Source of the DNA: an uncultured Bacteroidia bacterium
GTDB lineage: Bacteria > Bacteroidota > Bacteroidia > Bacteroidales > ML635J-15
Assembly: GCA_902791865.1 (NCBI GenBank)
Contig: CADAXK010000015.1
Location: 21,944-85,943 of the forward strand
Direction: 5' to 3'
Length of the DNA stretch: 64,000 nucleotides
The notes beneath the pieces were generated by a model. The model made no database searches. It was not told where the DNA came from and was given only the letters and a program-made list of their open reading frames with translations. Positions 52,424 through 61,531 of the stretch are shown in pieces (position 1 is the stretch's first letter; every line of letters begins with the position of its first letter). A program made the position numbers and the translations under genes.

Positions 52424-53941
52424 ATGGCAACGGAATCGGAAAAATTAGCATCATCGCTTGAGGTGCTGAGGAAATTGCAGCAGGACGGACATACTTTTGT
52501 TATTTGTGCCAAGGACATATCGCGTACGCATCTTGTCCGCCTGGTTGACAATGGCTTTCTCGAAAAGGTTATAAATGGTTGGTACATACCGTCAGAACCG
52601 ACTGCACAGCATGGCGATACTACGGCTTGGTATATTTCATACTGGACATTTGTGGCTCAATACCTTAAAGACAGGCTTGGGAATGCGTGGAGCCTTTCGC
52701 CAGAGCAGTCTCTTGATATACTTACTGGTAATTGTTGTGTTCCAAGACAGTTGATTGTGCGTTCGCCACAATGCAACAATAGTGTCGTTCAACTGATTCA
52801 CGGATGTAGCATATTCCTTTTGAAGTCAAATTGTGCCGAAGAGATTTGTGTAGAACCAAATTACGGACTTAATGTGTATGGTATTTCGGAAGCCATCATA
52901 ATGGTTGCACCAACTTTTTTTCTGCGTGAACCGGTAACGGCGAGAGCGGCGCTGTCGGCAGTGAAAGATTCGTCTGATGTGCTTAGATTTCTTTTGGATT
53001 CGGGAAAAACAGTGAAAGCAGGACGCATAATTGGTGCATTCCGCAATGTTGGAATGGCCGATATGGCGGATGAAATAAAGTCGGTGATGTCAATGTCGGG
53101 ACATTTGGTCAGGGAGGAAGATCCTTTTGCAGAAAAGTTGGAAGTTGCTCGTAATCAGTCACCATACGCTACAAGGATTGTGCTTATGTGGCATAATATG
53201 CGAGAAACGGTTTTGCATAGCCGTCCAGAAGCTAATGCTACAGTTGATGTGGATTTGTATATGAAGGATGTTGACGAGAGGTACAAGCACGATGCATATC
53301 ATTCATTGTCAATTGAAGGTTATCAAGTTACGGAGGAACTGATTGAAAAGGTAAAAAGTGGGAAATGGAATCCTAAAACCAGCAAATCGGATGCGAAAAC
53401 TCGTGATGCGCTTGCTGCGCGTGGTTATTGGCAAGCATTTCAGGTGGTAAAGGAAAGCATTATGTCGGTGTTGTCTGGAATGAATCCTGGCAAAGTTGTT
53501 GAAACTGACCATCGTAAATGGTATCAGGAGATGTTTGCGCCTTGTGTTGCAGCAGGGATAATCAAGCCGATTGATGTTGCCGGTTACCGTGCAGGTCAGG
53601 TTTTCATACGGCATTCGATGCATACGCCATTGAATTCGGATGCGGTAAGGGATACGATGCCAGTGCTTTTCGAGATGCTGAAGCAGGAGGAAGATGCATG
53701 GGCAAGGGCTGTGCTAGGACATTTTGTTTTTACATTCATACATCCGTATTATGATGGGAATGGTCGTATCGGTCGTTTTTTGATGAATGTTATGCTTGCA
53801 TCGGGCGGCTATCGGTGGACTATTATTCCTACCGGTATGCGCGAGGTATATATGTCGGCATTGGAAAAGGCAAGTGTCGAAGGTGATATTAGTGATTTCG
53901 CCGAATTCTTGGCAACTATGGTAAAAAAGAATCTTGGATAA
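52424..53941 (+). CDS. Fic domain protein (long form)
   Basis: Canonical HPYYDGNGRIGR motif; YHSLSIEG. Confidence 0.92.
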   Translation: MATESEKLASSLEVLRKLQQDGHTFVICAKDISRTHLVRLVDNGFLEKVINGWYIPSEPTAQHGDTTAWYISYWTFVAQYLKDRLGNAWSLSPEQSLDILTGNCCVPRQLIVRSPQCNNSVVQLIHGCSIFLLKSNCAEEICVEPNYGLNVYGISEAIIMVAPTFFLREPVTARAALSAVKDSSDVLRFLLDSGKTVKAGRIIGAFRNVGMADMADEIKSVMSMSGHLVREEDPFAEKLEVARNQSPYATRIVLMWHNMRETVLHSRPEANATVDVDLYMKDVDERYKHDAYHSLSIEGYQVTEELIEKVKSGKWNPKTSKSDAKTRDALAARGYWQAFQVVKESIMSVLSGMNPGKVVETDHRKWYQEMFAPCVAAGIIKPIDVAGYRAGQVFIRHSMHTPLNSDAVRDTMPVLFEMLKQEEDAWARAVLGHFVFTFIHPYYDGNGRIGRFLMNVMLASGGYRWTIIPTGMREVYMSALEKASVEGDISDFAEFLATMVKKNLG

Positions 53942-54068
53942 AGATTCCTGTTTGCTTGATTGGCAAAACCAATAGGCAACCTACAAATCTTGTGAATTTT
54001 ATCTTTGCGGGACTTTCAAATAGTTCCGTATTTTTTTATCTCTATATATTTCAGTCTTTTGCGCCTTA

Positions 54069-54151
54069 CAATCACAACAAATAATGATTTGAAAGGGTAA
54101 AAATCACAACAAATGGCGATGTTTTCGTGGGTATATTGCATTTTACCTTTG
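54069..54151 (+). promoter_or_regulatory. Paired AATCACAACAAAT boxes (32-bp spacing) plus TACCTTTG -7 element
   Basis: Boxes at 54070 and 54102; TAnnTTTG at 54144. Confidence 0.65.
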
Positions 54152-54213
54152 CAATATGTCTTGAAAGACAGATTTTGAATGTTCATTTGATTAATAATTA
54201 AAAAGTTAAGAAT

Positions 54214-56529
54214 ATGAATTGTAAAGTTTTATCAATGTTTTTGTTTTTTATTGGGTTGTCGTTTGCCGTCGGTGCGCAGACACAGGAAATAAGTTTTGAC
54301 TGGTATTCGGCTGCTGTTGCCGAGGCAAACGCGCAGAACAAGGCACAAACCACCGTATATGGCACAAAGGTGGATGAGGCAGGGTATGTTTATACATTGG
54401 CAAGTATGGGCTCCGATGCCGACACAACCGGCGATGTGGCTGCCACGCAGGGACATCTGCTGGGCGAGGATATGACGGGCGCTCCATATTCGGGAACAAG
54501 CTACAACAGCAACATAATGCTGGTAAAGCACGATTTCAGCGGAAATGCCTTGTGGAAAATATACTCCAAGAACGGCGATGTTGATGTGTCGTCGAGCGAT
54601 TACACGCCAACTGCCGACGGCGGCGCATTCCTCGCACTGAAAGCCCGTCACACAAGTGCCAATTTCTATGGAACGGACATTTTGTTGCAGCTTGTTGGCA
54701 ACAATGGCACCGAGACAACAATTTCGTTTTCGTTCCCTGATGCCGAGTATCATAATGTGTATCAGCCAGTTTTCGTAAAGGTTGATGCCGATGGAAACAT
54801 TAGCAGTGCAGCCCGTGCTACAGTCGATTGGAATCCAGTTGACAATCCTGCATCAAGTTATACTTGGGGCATTTCGGATGGATTTTCGCTTTACGGAGCA
54901 GCGCAGGATGCCAGCGGAAATTTCTTCGTTACGGGCAACCTCAGACGCACTATGCACATTGGCGAGAATGAGATTCTGGCACACAATGTCGCCGACTGGG
55001 ATGGCGGCTCAGGATTTGCAGGCTCTGCTTTCGTGCTGAAACTCAACAGCGACCTTACCTATAATAATCATATCGTTACGGGTGGCTCGTCGGTTGGCGA
55101 AACAGCAAAGCAAATGAAATACAAGGACGGAAAATTGTATATTGCTGGTTATCTGAAAGGTAGCAATGCAGTTGTATCGCTTGGCGATTCGCAGGTTACA
55201 CCCGATGACAAGTACAGTTTCTGGACAGCAAGGGTTAATGCTTCCGATTTGTCGGTTGATTATTTGTCGCTGGTACAAGGCGCACAGGTCAACAACAAGA
55301 ACTTTATGCAGTTGAATGCACTCGAAATCGCTCCCGACAATTCAAGTTTCTTTGTCGCAGGTGGCATTCAGGGCGGTTTCAAGATTGGACAGGATACGGT
55401 GTCTGCACAGGGAACTATGTATGCAGGCTTCGTTTTCCGTTGCAATTCCGCTACTGGTGTTGCCGACAAGGGTTTTGTAAAGCAGACAAGCGGAATTTCA
55501 AATAGTTTCGGACTTGCCGTGAATGCCGACAGCGTTTTCGTTTACGGCTACAACTGGGCAACTTCGCCAAAATCGCTCTACTTCGATTCGTTCAACCACA
55601 ATCTTGAAACTTCTGCATCGCACATTTTAGGCGAATCAACTGGTTCGATAACTGCAAATTCGTGCGCTGTAAAAGGCGATTCACTCTTGATTGCAGCACG
55701 CGTACAGGCAAACAAGGCTTTGAATTTTGCTTTTGCAGAAACAGCAACTTCTTACACATCAACATATTCGTGGCAAGGCGTTGTCGCAAAATACACATTC
55801 CCCGGATATGAATTTACAGCACCAGCACCGCAAACCTACACTATTACGCTTAATGTCGGTGAAAACGGCACGGTTACTACTGAACCAGAATCTTTGACCG
55901 ACTTGCTTGCCGACACAGAAGTTGTTTTCACAATTTCTCCTGCGGAAGGCTACGAACTTGATGAATTCAAGGTTAACGGCGAAGTAGTTGCCGTTGAAAA
56001 CAACACCTATACGCTTACCGTTATTGCTGATGCAACGGTTGATGTCACCTTCAAGTTGATACCTGTAGAACCAGAAACCTACACCATTACTTTGAATGTC
56101 GGCGAAAACGGCACGGTTACTACCGCTCCCGAAACTTTGACCGACTTGCTTGCCGACACGGAAGTTGTTTTCACAATTTCTCCAGCGGAAGGCTACGAGC
56201 TTGACGAATTTAAGGTTGACGGAGAAGTAGTTGCCGTTGAAAACAACACCTATACGCTTACCGTCACGGCTGATGCAACGGTTGATGTCACATTCAAACT
56301 TGCCACTTCCATTTTGTCTGACGAAACAAGGAACATCGAAATCTATTCATACGAAAGCGAAATTGTGATTTCTGGTGCAGAAGGATTGAATGTAATGGTA
56401 TATAATATGTTAGGTCAGGTTGTGGAATCGTTTGCCGTTGTAAGCGATGTAGAAAGACACAATTTGCCGCAAGGAATGTACATCGTGAAAGTTGGTGATA
56501 ATGATACAGAAAAGATACTCGTTCGTTAA
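54214..56529 (+). CDS. T9SS-secreted surface protein: beta-propeller-like N-domain, two InlB-B/Flg_new-like repeats, C-terminal sorting domain
   Basis: Signal peptide ending VGAQ; two 81-aa repeats YTITLNVGENGTV...VDVTFK; VYNMLGQVV...LPQGMYIVKV...KILVR. Confidence 0.85.
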   Translation: MNCKVLSMFLFFIGLSFAVGAQTQEISFDWYSAAVAEANAQNKAQTTVYGTKVDEAGYVYTLASMGSDADTTGDVAATQGHLLGEDMTGAPYSGTSYNSNIMLVKHDFSGNALWKIYSKNGDVDVSSSDYTPTADGGAFLALKARHTSANFYGTDILLQLVGNNGTETTISFSFPDAEYHNVYQPVFVKVDADGNISSAARATVDWNPVDNPASSYTWGISDGFSLYGAAQDASGNFFVTGNLRRTMHIGENEILAHNVADWDGGSGFAGSAFVLKLNSDLTYNNHIVTGGSSVGETAKQMKYKDGKLYIAGYLKGSNAVVSLGDSQVTPDDKYSFWTARVNASDLSVDYLSLVQGAQVNNKNFMQLNALEIAPDNSSFFVAGGIQGGFKIGQDTVSAQGTMYAGFVFRCNSATGVADKGFVKQTSGISNSFGLAVNADSVFVYGYNWATSPKSLYFDSFNHNLETSASHILGESTGSITANSCAVKGDSLLIAARVQANKALNFAFAETATSYTSTYSWQGVVAKYTFPGYEFTAPAPQTYTITLNVGENGTVTTEPESLTDLLADTEVVFTISPAEGYELDEFKVNGEVVAVENNTYTLTVIADATVDVTFKLIPVEPETYTITLNVGENGTVTTAPETLTDLLADTEVVFTISPAEGYELDEFKVDGEVVAVENNTYTLTVTADATVDVTFKLATSILSDETRNIEIYSYESEIVISGAEGLNVMVYNMLGQVVESFAVVSDVERHNLPQGMYIVKVGDNDTEKILVR
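55831..56300 (+). repeat. Intragenic tandem duplication, 243-bp period
   Basis: GAAAACGGCACGGTTACTAC at 55861 and 56104. Confidence 0.9.
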
Positions 56530-56550
56530 GATTTTTTGTTAAATTTCCTA

Positions 56551-56603
56551 TGTCGGGGCAGATGTTGTTCATATTCTTATGTTTCGTGCCCCGACGCTTT
56601 TTT
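56551..56603 (+). terminator. Probable terminator/attenuator after the T9SS gene
   Basis: TGTCGGGGCA...TGCCCCGACG stem, large loop, T6 tail. Confidence 0.55.
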
Positions 56604-56697
56604 GTTGAATGTAAATAATTGACAAATAAAAAGAACTAACCCGCACCCTGAGCTTGTCGAAGGGTCGATGTGAGTAGAAACGAAATAATTTAAGTAT

Positions 56698-57270
56698 ATG
56701 AAAAGAATATTTGAACTTTTAGCAGTAATAATGATGGCATTTGCTCTTTTTTCCTGCGATGGAAAGAAAAATGCCGAGGTAGAACAAGAAGCACCCGAAG
56801 CAAAGGTTTTGCAGGTTGACGATGCGCTTGCAAAGATTGATGCAATGGTCGGCGATACGGTTGAGGTCGAGGGTGTGTGTATGCATTTGTGCCGTCACAG
56901 CGGACGCAAGATGTTCCTTATGGGTAGCGACGATACGCAGATTTTGCGTGTTGAAAGTGTGGAACTTGGCGAACCTTTCAAGCAGGAATGTCTTGAGCAT
57001 ATTGTTTATGTAAAGGGCATTGTGCGTGAAGAGCGCATTGATGATGACTACCTTAACGAATGGGAGAAGGAACTCGCAGGAATGGAGCAGCACGGCGAAG
57101 GTGCCGAAGGTTGCGGAGCCGAAAAGCAGTCGCGTCAGGAAACTGCCAATACTCCCGAAGCTCGCATTGCCGATTTCCGCGCAAAGATTGCAGAACGCAA
57201 AGCAAAGGAAGGCAAGGCGTATTTGTCGTTCTATCATATAGATGCGGTGGAATATGAGATAAAAGGCTAA
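56698..57270 (+). CDS. Lipoprotein with His/Cys motif (possible metal binding)
   Basis: Lipobox LFSC; CMHLCRHSGRK, C-terminal HGEGAEGCGAE. Confidence 0.75.
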   Translation: MKRIFELLAVIMMAFALFSCDGKKNAEVEQEAPEAKVLQVDDALAKIDAMVGDTVEVEGVCMHLCRHSGRKMFLMGSDDTQILRVESVELGEPFKQECLEHIVYVKGIVREERIDDDYLNEWEKELAGMEQHGEGAEGCGAEKQSRQETANTPEARIADFRAKIAERKAKEGKAYLSFYHIDAVEYEIKG

Positions 57271-57402
57271 AAGGCTGACAGGCTAACAGTCAAAAAGTCT
57301 GTAAGCCTGCAAGCCTGTGAGCCTGTTCGCCCAGAAACGTGAACGGCGCAGCCCTCAACGAAGTTAAACGGCGTCAGCCATAGAAACCTAGAAACCAGAA
57401 AC
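57265..57402. repeat. Mosaic repeat: inverted octamer arms plus mini-hairpin modules
   Basis: GGCTAAAA GGCTGACA GGCTAACA / CTGTAAGC CTGCAAGC CTGTGAGC CTGTTCGC; GAACGGCGCAGCC; AAACGGCGTCAGCCATAGAAACC. Confidence 0.85.
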
Positions 57403-57407
57403 ATTTT

Positions 57408-58283
57408 ATGATTGATTGCATTAACCTAACCCATTACTACGGCAAAAGGTGCATATACGAAAACCTTAGCTTTAGCGTGCCACAAGGTCGCATACTTGGA
57501 CTTTTGGGCAAGAACGGAACCGGCAAGACCACGACCATCAATATTCTAAGCGGTTTTCTGAAGCCCCGAAGCGGAGAATGCCGCATTTTCGGACAGAACA
57601 TAATCGGTATGAATCCCGAACTTCGTCGCGACATCGGTCTGCTCATCGAAGGACATATCCAGTACAGCTTTATGACTATCCGCCAGATAGAACGCTTTTA
57701 TGCTCGATTCTATCCGCAATGGGACAAGAATGTGTATTACGACCTGATGTCGATGCTGAAAGTCGCACCGAACCAGCGCATTTCGCGAATGTCGTGCGGT
57801 CAGCGTTCGCAGGTGGCACTCGGACTTCTGATGGCACAGAATCCCAAGTTGCTGATACTGGACGACTTTTCGCTCGGTCTTGACCCCGGTTACCGTCGTC
57901 TGTTCATCGACTATCTTCGCGACTTTGTGAAATCGTCGGGAAAGACCGTTTTCCTGACATCGCACATCATACAGGATATGGAGCGGCTCATCGACGACTG
58001 CATAATGATGGACTATGGCAAGATTATCTTGCAGATGCCAGTTGACGAGTTGCTTGGCAAATATCGTCAGTACACCTTCAGGTTGGCGGAAAACAGCACC
58101 TTGCCCGAAATGGCTGATGTCTATCATCCTACGGTAATCCGTGGCAATGTCGAACTTGGCTCGTTCTTGGATGCAGAAGAACTGAAATCACGGTTGGTGG
58201 CAAATGGTGTTGCTTTCGAGGATTTTTCTTCACAGAAGGTAAATTTGGAGGATGCATTTATTGGGTTGACGGGGAAATATTAA
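57408..58283 (+). CDS. ABC transporter ATP-binding protein
   Basis: GKNGTGKT, MSCGQ signature, LILDDFSLGLDP, TSH. Confidence 0.93.
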   Translation: MIDCINLTHYYGKRCIYENLSFSVPQGRILGLLGKNGTGKTTTINILSGFLKPRSGECRIFGQNIIGMNPELRRDIGLLIEGHIQYSFMTIRQIERFYARFYPQWDKNVYYDLMSMLKVAPNQRISRMSCGQRSQVALGLLMAQNPKLLILDDFSLGLDPGYRRLFIDYLRDFVKSSGKTVFLTSHIIQDMERLIDDCIMMDYGKIILQMPVDELLGKYRQYTFRLAENSTLPEMADVYHPTVIRGNVELGSFLDAEELKSRLVANGVAFEDFSSQKVNLEDAFIGLTGKY

Positions 58284-58412
58284 ACAATTTATAATGGACA
58301 ATTGACAATGGATAATTGATTATTTGTGGCGGCGCGCCATTTGTGGAGACGCGCCATGGCACGTCTCTACAAATCGAATCATCAAATCATCGAATCATCA
58401 AATTTTCAAATA
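58284..58412. repeat. Mosaic repeat: heptamers, GTAG-type REP palindrome, AAATCATC octamers
   Basis: ACAATTT ATAATGG ACAATTG ACAATGG ATAATTG; GTGGAGACGCGCCATGGCACGTCTCTAC (58343-58370); GAATCATC AAATCATC GAATCATC AAATTTTC. Confidence 0.85.
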
Positions 58413-58424
58413 ATAAATCTCGCT

Positions 58425-59057
58425 ATGCTTTACAAGGAATGGATAAAAACTCGTTGGTTTTATGCGGTTGCATTGCTGACAACTTTTGCACTTTGCGGAT
58501 ATGTGCTTTTGAACATCAACAGGCTGGTGTCGCTGAAAGGTGCCGCCCATCTGTGGGAGGTTGCGATGTTTCGCGATGCCATTTTCATTGATATGATGCG
58601 GTATGTACCGCTGTTGGTAGGAATTGTGGCTGCTGTGGTTCAGTTTGTACCCGAACTGGTGCATAAACGGCTGAAACTCACAATGCACCTGCCACGCGGA
58701 TATGTGCGCTCGGTAATGGAGATGCTTCTGTTTGGCTTCGGATGCCTTGCATTGCTGTTCTGCGGAAATCTGGTTATGCTTCTGCTGGGCTTGCAGACTT
58801 TTTTCGCCAACGAAATAGTCTGGCACATTGTTCTGGCCGCCTTGCCGTGGTATCTGGCAGGTCTGTCTTGCCTTGAACCAGTTTGGCGCAGACGGATTCT
58901 CAACATCATGATTTCCATTGCCTGCCTGCGAATTTTCTATATGTCGCCAGCGCCCGAAGCATACAACAGGCTATTGCCGTGGCTGACGGTTCTTGTTGTA
59001 GTGAGTTTGGCACTGCCACTTTTGTCGGTTGTTCGTTTTAAGGAGGGAAAGGAGTAG
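58425..59057 (+). CDS. ABC-2-like membrane subunit
   Basis: MLYKEWIKTRW start at ATG 58425; QFVPE...RLKLTMHLP; about 5-6 TM segments. Confidence 0.75.
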   Translation: MLYKEWIKTRWFYAVALLTTFALCGYVLLNINRLVSLKGAAHLWEVAMFRDAIFIDMMRYVPLLVGIVAAVVQFVPELVHKRLKLTMHLPRGYVRSVMEMLLFGFGCLALLFCGNLVMLLLGLQTFFANEIVWHIVLAALPWYLAGLSCLEPVWRRRILNIMISIACLRIFYMSPAPEAYNRLLPWLTVLVVVSLALPLLSVVRFKEGKE

Positions 59058-59059
59058 TT

Positions 59060-60121
59060 ATGAATAAGATAGAGAAACTTTTGGTGATTGTTGGACGCAC
59101 ATTTTTCGTTTGCGTATGCGCTTTTCTTGTCGCCGACACTTCCGAGAAACCGCCATTCACCTTGTATAGCGCCGGCATTGATGAATTTGCAATGTTCAAG
59201 AACGAGGATTCGGGAAAACATTACTATGACGCGCACGCCAACGAATACACCGAGGCACAGTTTTACGAAATGCTACCTACATTCTACTGCAAGCAGTTGA
59301 TTGTGAATGAGAAATTGCCAGACACCCTGTATGGTCGTCCAGTGAGTGCGAAATTCATACAGAACGAGAATTTTACATTTAAGACTGCCCCAGCTGCTGT
59401 GAACAAGAGGGAAATCGCACTTTATCCGCTGATGGAATCGATGTCGGGGCGTGTCGATTTGGAAATGCCGACCGATGTGTTCCGCATTACGGAAAATGCC
59501 ATCGAATTTGTTGATATGGCAACAAATTCGGTTGACGAGGCAAAATCCGATTTGTTCACTAAAATGTTTGTACAGAAAGGTTTTGCCTTTCCTGCTCACA
59601 TTATTTCGGGAAATCCGACCACAAAGAAGGAATACGACAACGGCTATCTTATCACCGATTCAAATGACAAGCTTTTCCACCTGAAAATGCAACGCGGACG
59701 ACCATATTTGCGACCTATCGAGTTGCCCGAAGGCATTGTTCCGAAGCACATTTTTGTCACTGAATTTCGCAATCAGCGATCTTTGGCGTTCATTAGCGAC
59801 ATAGAAAATCGTTTCTGGATGCTTGATGCCAAGAATTATGGATTTCAGAAAGCAGAAATCCCCGATTTCAATCCCGAAACCGATGGAATGATGATAATTG
59901 GCAACTTCCACGACTGGACGGTAAGCGTTTCATCGGGCGACCAGCTTCGCTATTTTGCGCTTGCTGCCGACGATTTGCATTGTCTGAAATCCTACGAGGT
60001 TCCCACAGAAGAACCTACCCAATTGCAACGCATAGGCAACATTCTGATTCCTATCCAGTTGAAATTCTTGTCGGGGCTTGATGGCGATGTTTGGCCAAGA
60101 GTGGCGGTATTGGGGGAATAG
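59060..60121 (+). CDS. DUF4857-like membrane-anchored periplasmic protein
   Basis: PFTLYS, YPLMESMSGRVDLEMP, GNPTTKKEYDNGY motifs. Confidence 0.7.
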   Translation: MNKIEKLLVIVGRTFFVCVCAFLVADTSEKPPFTLYSAGIDEFAMFKNEDSGKHYYDAHANEYTEAQFYEMLPTFYCKQLIVNEKLPDTLYGRPVSAKFIQNENFTFKTAPAAVNKREIALYPLMESMSGRVDLEMPTDVFRITENAIEFVDMATNSVDEAKSDLFTKMFVQKGFAFPAHIISGNPTTKKEYDNGYLITDSNDKLFHLKMQRGRPYLRPIELPEGIVPKHIFVTEFRNQRSLAFISDIENRFWMLDAKNYGFQKAEIPDFNPETDGMMIIGNFHDWTVSVSSGDQLRYFALAADDLHCLKSYEVPTEEPTQLQRIGNILIPIQLKFLSGLDGDVWPRVAVLGE

Positions 60122-60127
60122 AATATA

Positions 60128-60162
60128 GAAAAAACGCCTCGGATTTCCGAAGCGTTTTTTTT
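60128..60162. terminator. Bidirectional terminator between convergent operons
   Basis: AAAAAACGCCTCGGA-TT-TCCGAAGCGTTTTTTT. Confidence 0.8.
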
Positions 60163-60174
60163 GTTTGCAATATC

Positions 60175-61527
60175 TTACGCCTTGCAGTTGCCGCCTTCGC
60201 AGTTGAGCAGGCAGTTGCTGCATTCGGTAAGTTCACCACGCAGACGGGAGTTAATCATGCCCGAAATGCGTTCCTTGAGCGGTTCGATGTGCATATTCAT
60301 CAGAATGTCGTTGGCAAAGGCGAACATAAGCATCAACTTGGCTTCCTTGGTGCTAATTCCGCGCTGACGAAAGTAGAACAATGCTTCTTCGTCCAACTGA
60401 CCAACAGTTGCTCCGTGGCTACACTGAACATCGTCGGCGTAGATTTCCAACTGCGGCTTGGTGGTCATGCGAGCATCGCCAGTGAGGCAGAGGTTGCGGT
60501 TGGTCTGGTAGGCTGCTGTCTTCTGTGCGCCCTCGTGGACGATGATTTTGCCCATAAACGAACCGCGAGCCTGTTCGTCGAGTATGCCCTTGTAAAGTTC
60601 GTTGCTGTTGCAGTTGGGAACAAGGTGCTCGATAAGTGTATAGTTGTCAACATATTGCTTGCGGTCGATGAGGTAAAGTCCGAGCAGGTTGGCGTCGGAA
60701 TGCTCACCGTTGAAACGCACACGCAGATTGTTGCGAACGATTCCGCCGTGTAGCGTCAGTACAAACGATTCGATATTTGCATCGCCTTGTAATTCAGCAA
60801 GATGGTTGCTTACGAGGCTCGACTTGTCGGGTTCGTTCTGAATTGTGTAATGCGTGAGCTTTGAACCCTTGCCAATGAACGATTCGGTAGTGTCGATTAC
60901 AAAATTGCTGCTGCTATTGAGCGTGTGGTCGCAGACAACTACCGACAGCGACGAATTTTCGTCCAGTACAATCAGGTTGCGCTTGATGATGTTCTTGTTG
61001 CCGAAGCCGTGAGTTAGGTTTATTATCTGCAAGGTCTTTTCGGCGTGGGTGTTCTTTGGAACATAGACGAAAAGTCCGTCATCGGCAAGCATGGTGCTTA
61101 GGTTCACGAATCCATCATTGAAAGTAGATGCGCTTCGGTTGTAGTATTTCTCGAAAATGTCGCGGTGCTTCTGCTGCGCCTCCTTCATGCTACAGATGAT
61201 AATTTTACCGTCCACAGCCTTGTTGTTGTCGTAATATTTGCCGTTCGACAGCAGTATTACATCAGCATCCATGTTTTCGACTTCGCACTTGAAATATTCG
61301 TTGAGGTCGATGTTGGTCTTCGTCTGCATTATGCTTCCGAACTCGGTGCTGAAAATGTCGTTGACATTGAGGTTGCGGTAGTTTTCGGTCTTGGCTGTCG
61401 GAAGTCCGTTGCTTTTGAACGCATTAAAAGCTTCGTTGCGCTTAGCGAACACGAAATCGGTGTCGGACTTGCGGAACTGTTCGGCGCAACTTTCAAAAAT
61501 GTCGATATATTTTTTCTTGATGTCCAT
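60175..61527 (-). CDS. sufD: Fe-S assembly protein SufD
   Basis: PQLEIYADDVQCSHGATVGQLD. Confidence 0.95.
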   Translation of the reverse strand: MDIKKKYIDIFESCAEQFRKSDTDFVFAKRNEAFNAFKSNGLPTAKTENYRNLNVNDIFSTEFGSIMQTKTNIDLNEYFKCEVENMDADVILLSNGKYYDNNKAVDGKIIICSMKEAQQKHRDIFEKYYNRSASTFNDGFVNLSTMLADDGLFVYVPKNTHAEKTLQIINLTHGFGNKNIIKRNLIVLDENSSLSVVVCDHTLNSSSNFVIDTTESFIGKGSKLTHYTIQNEPDKSSLVSNHLAELQGDANIESFVLTLHGGIVRNNLRVRFNGEHSDANLLGLYLIDRKQYVDNYTLIEHLVPNCNSNELYKGILDEQARGSFMGKIIVHEGAQKTAAYQTNRNLCLTGDARMTTKPQLEIYADDVQCSHGATVGQLDEEALFYFRQRGISTKEAKLMLMFAFANDILMNMHIEPLKERISGMINSRLRGELTECSNCLLNCEGGNCKA

Positions 61528-61531
61528 AATT

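Noticed and set aside
58326-58424. N-terminal extension of the membrane-subunit ORF (MAARHLW...)
   Set aside because: It merely translates the REP/octamer mosaic; ATG 58425 gives the plausible start
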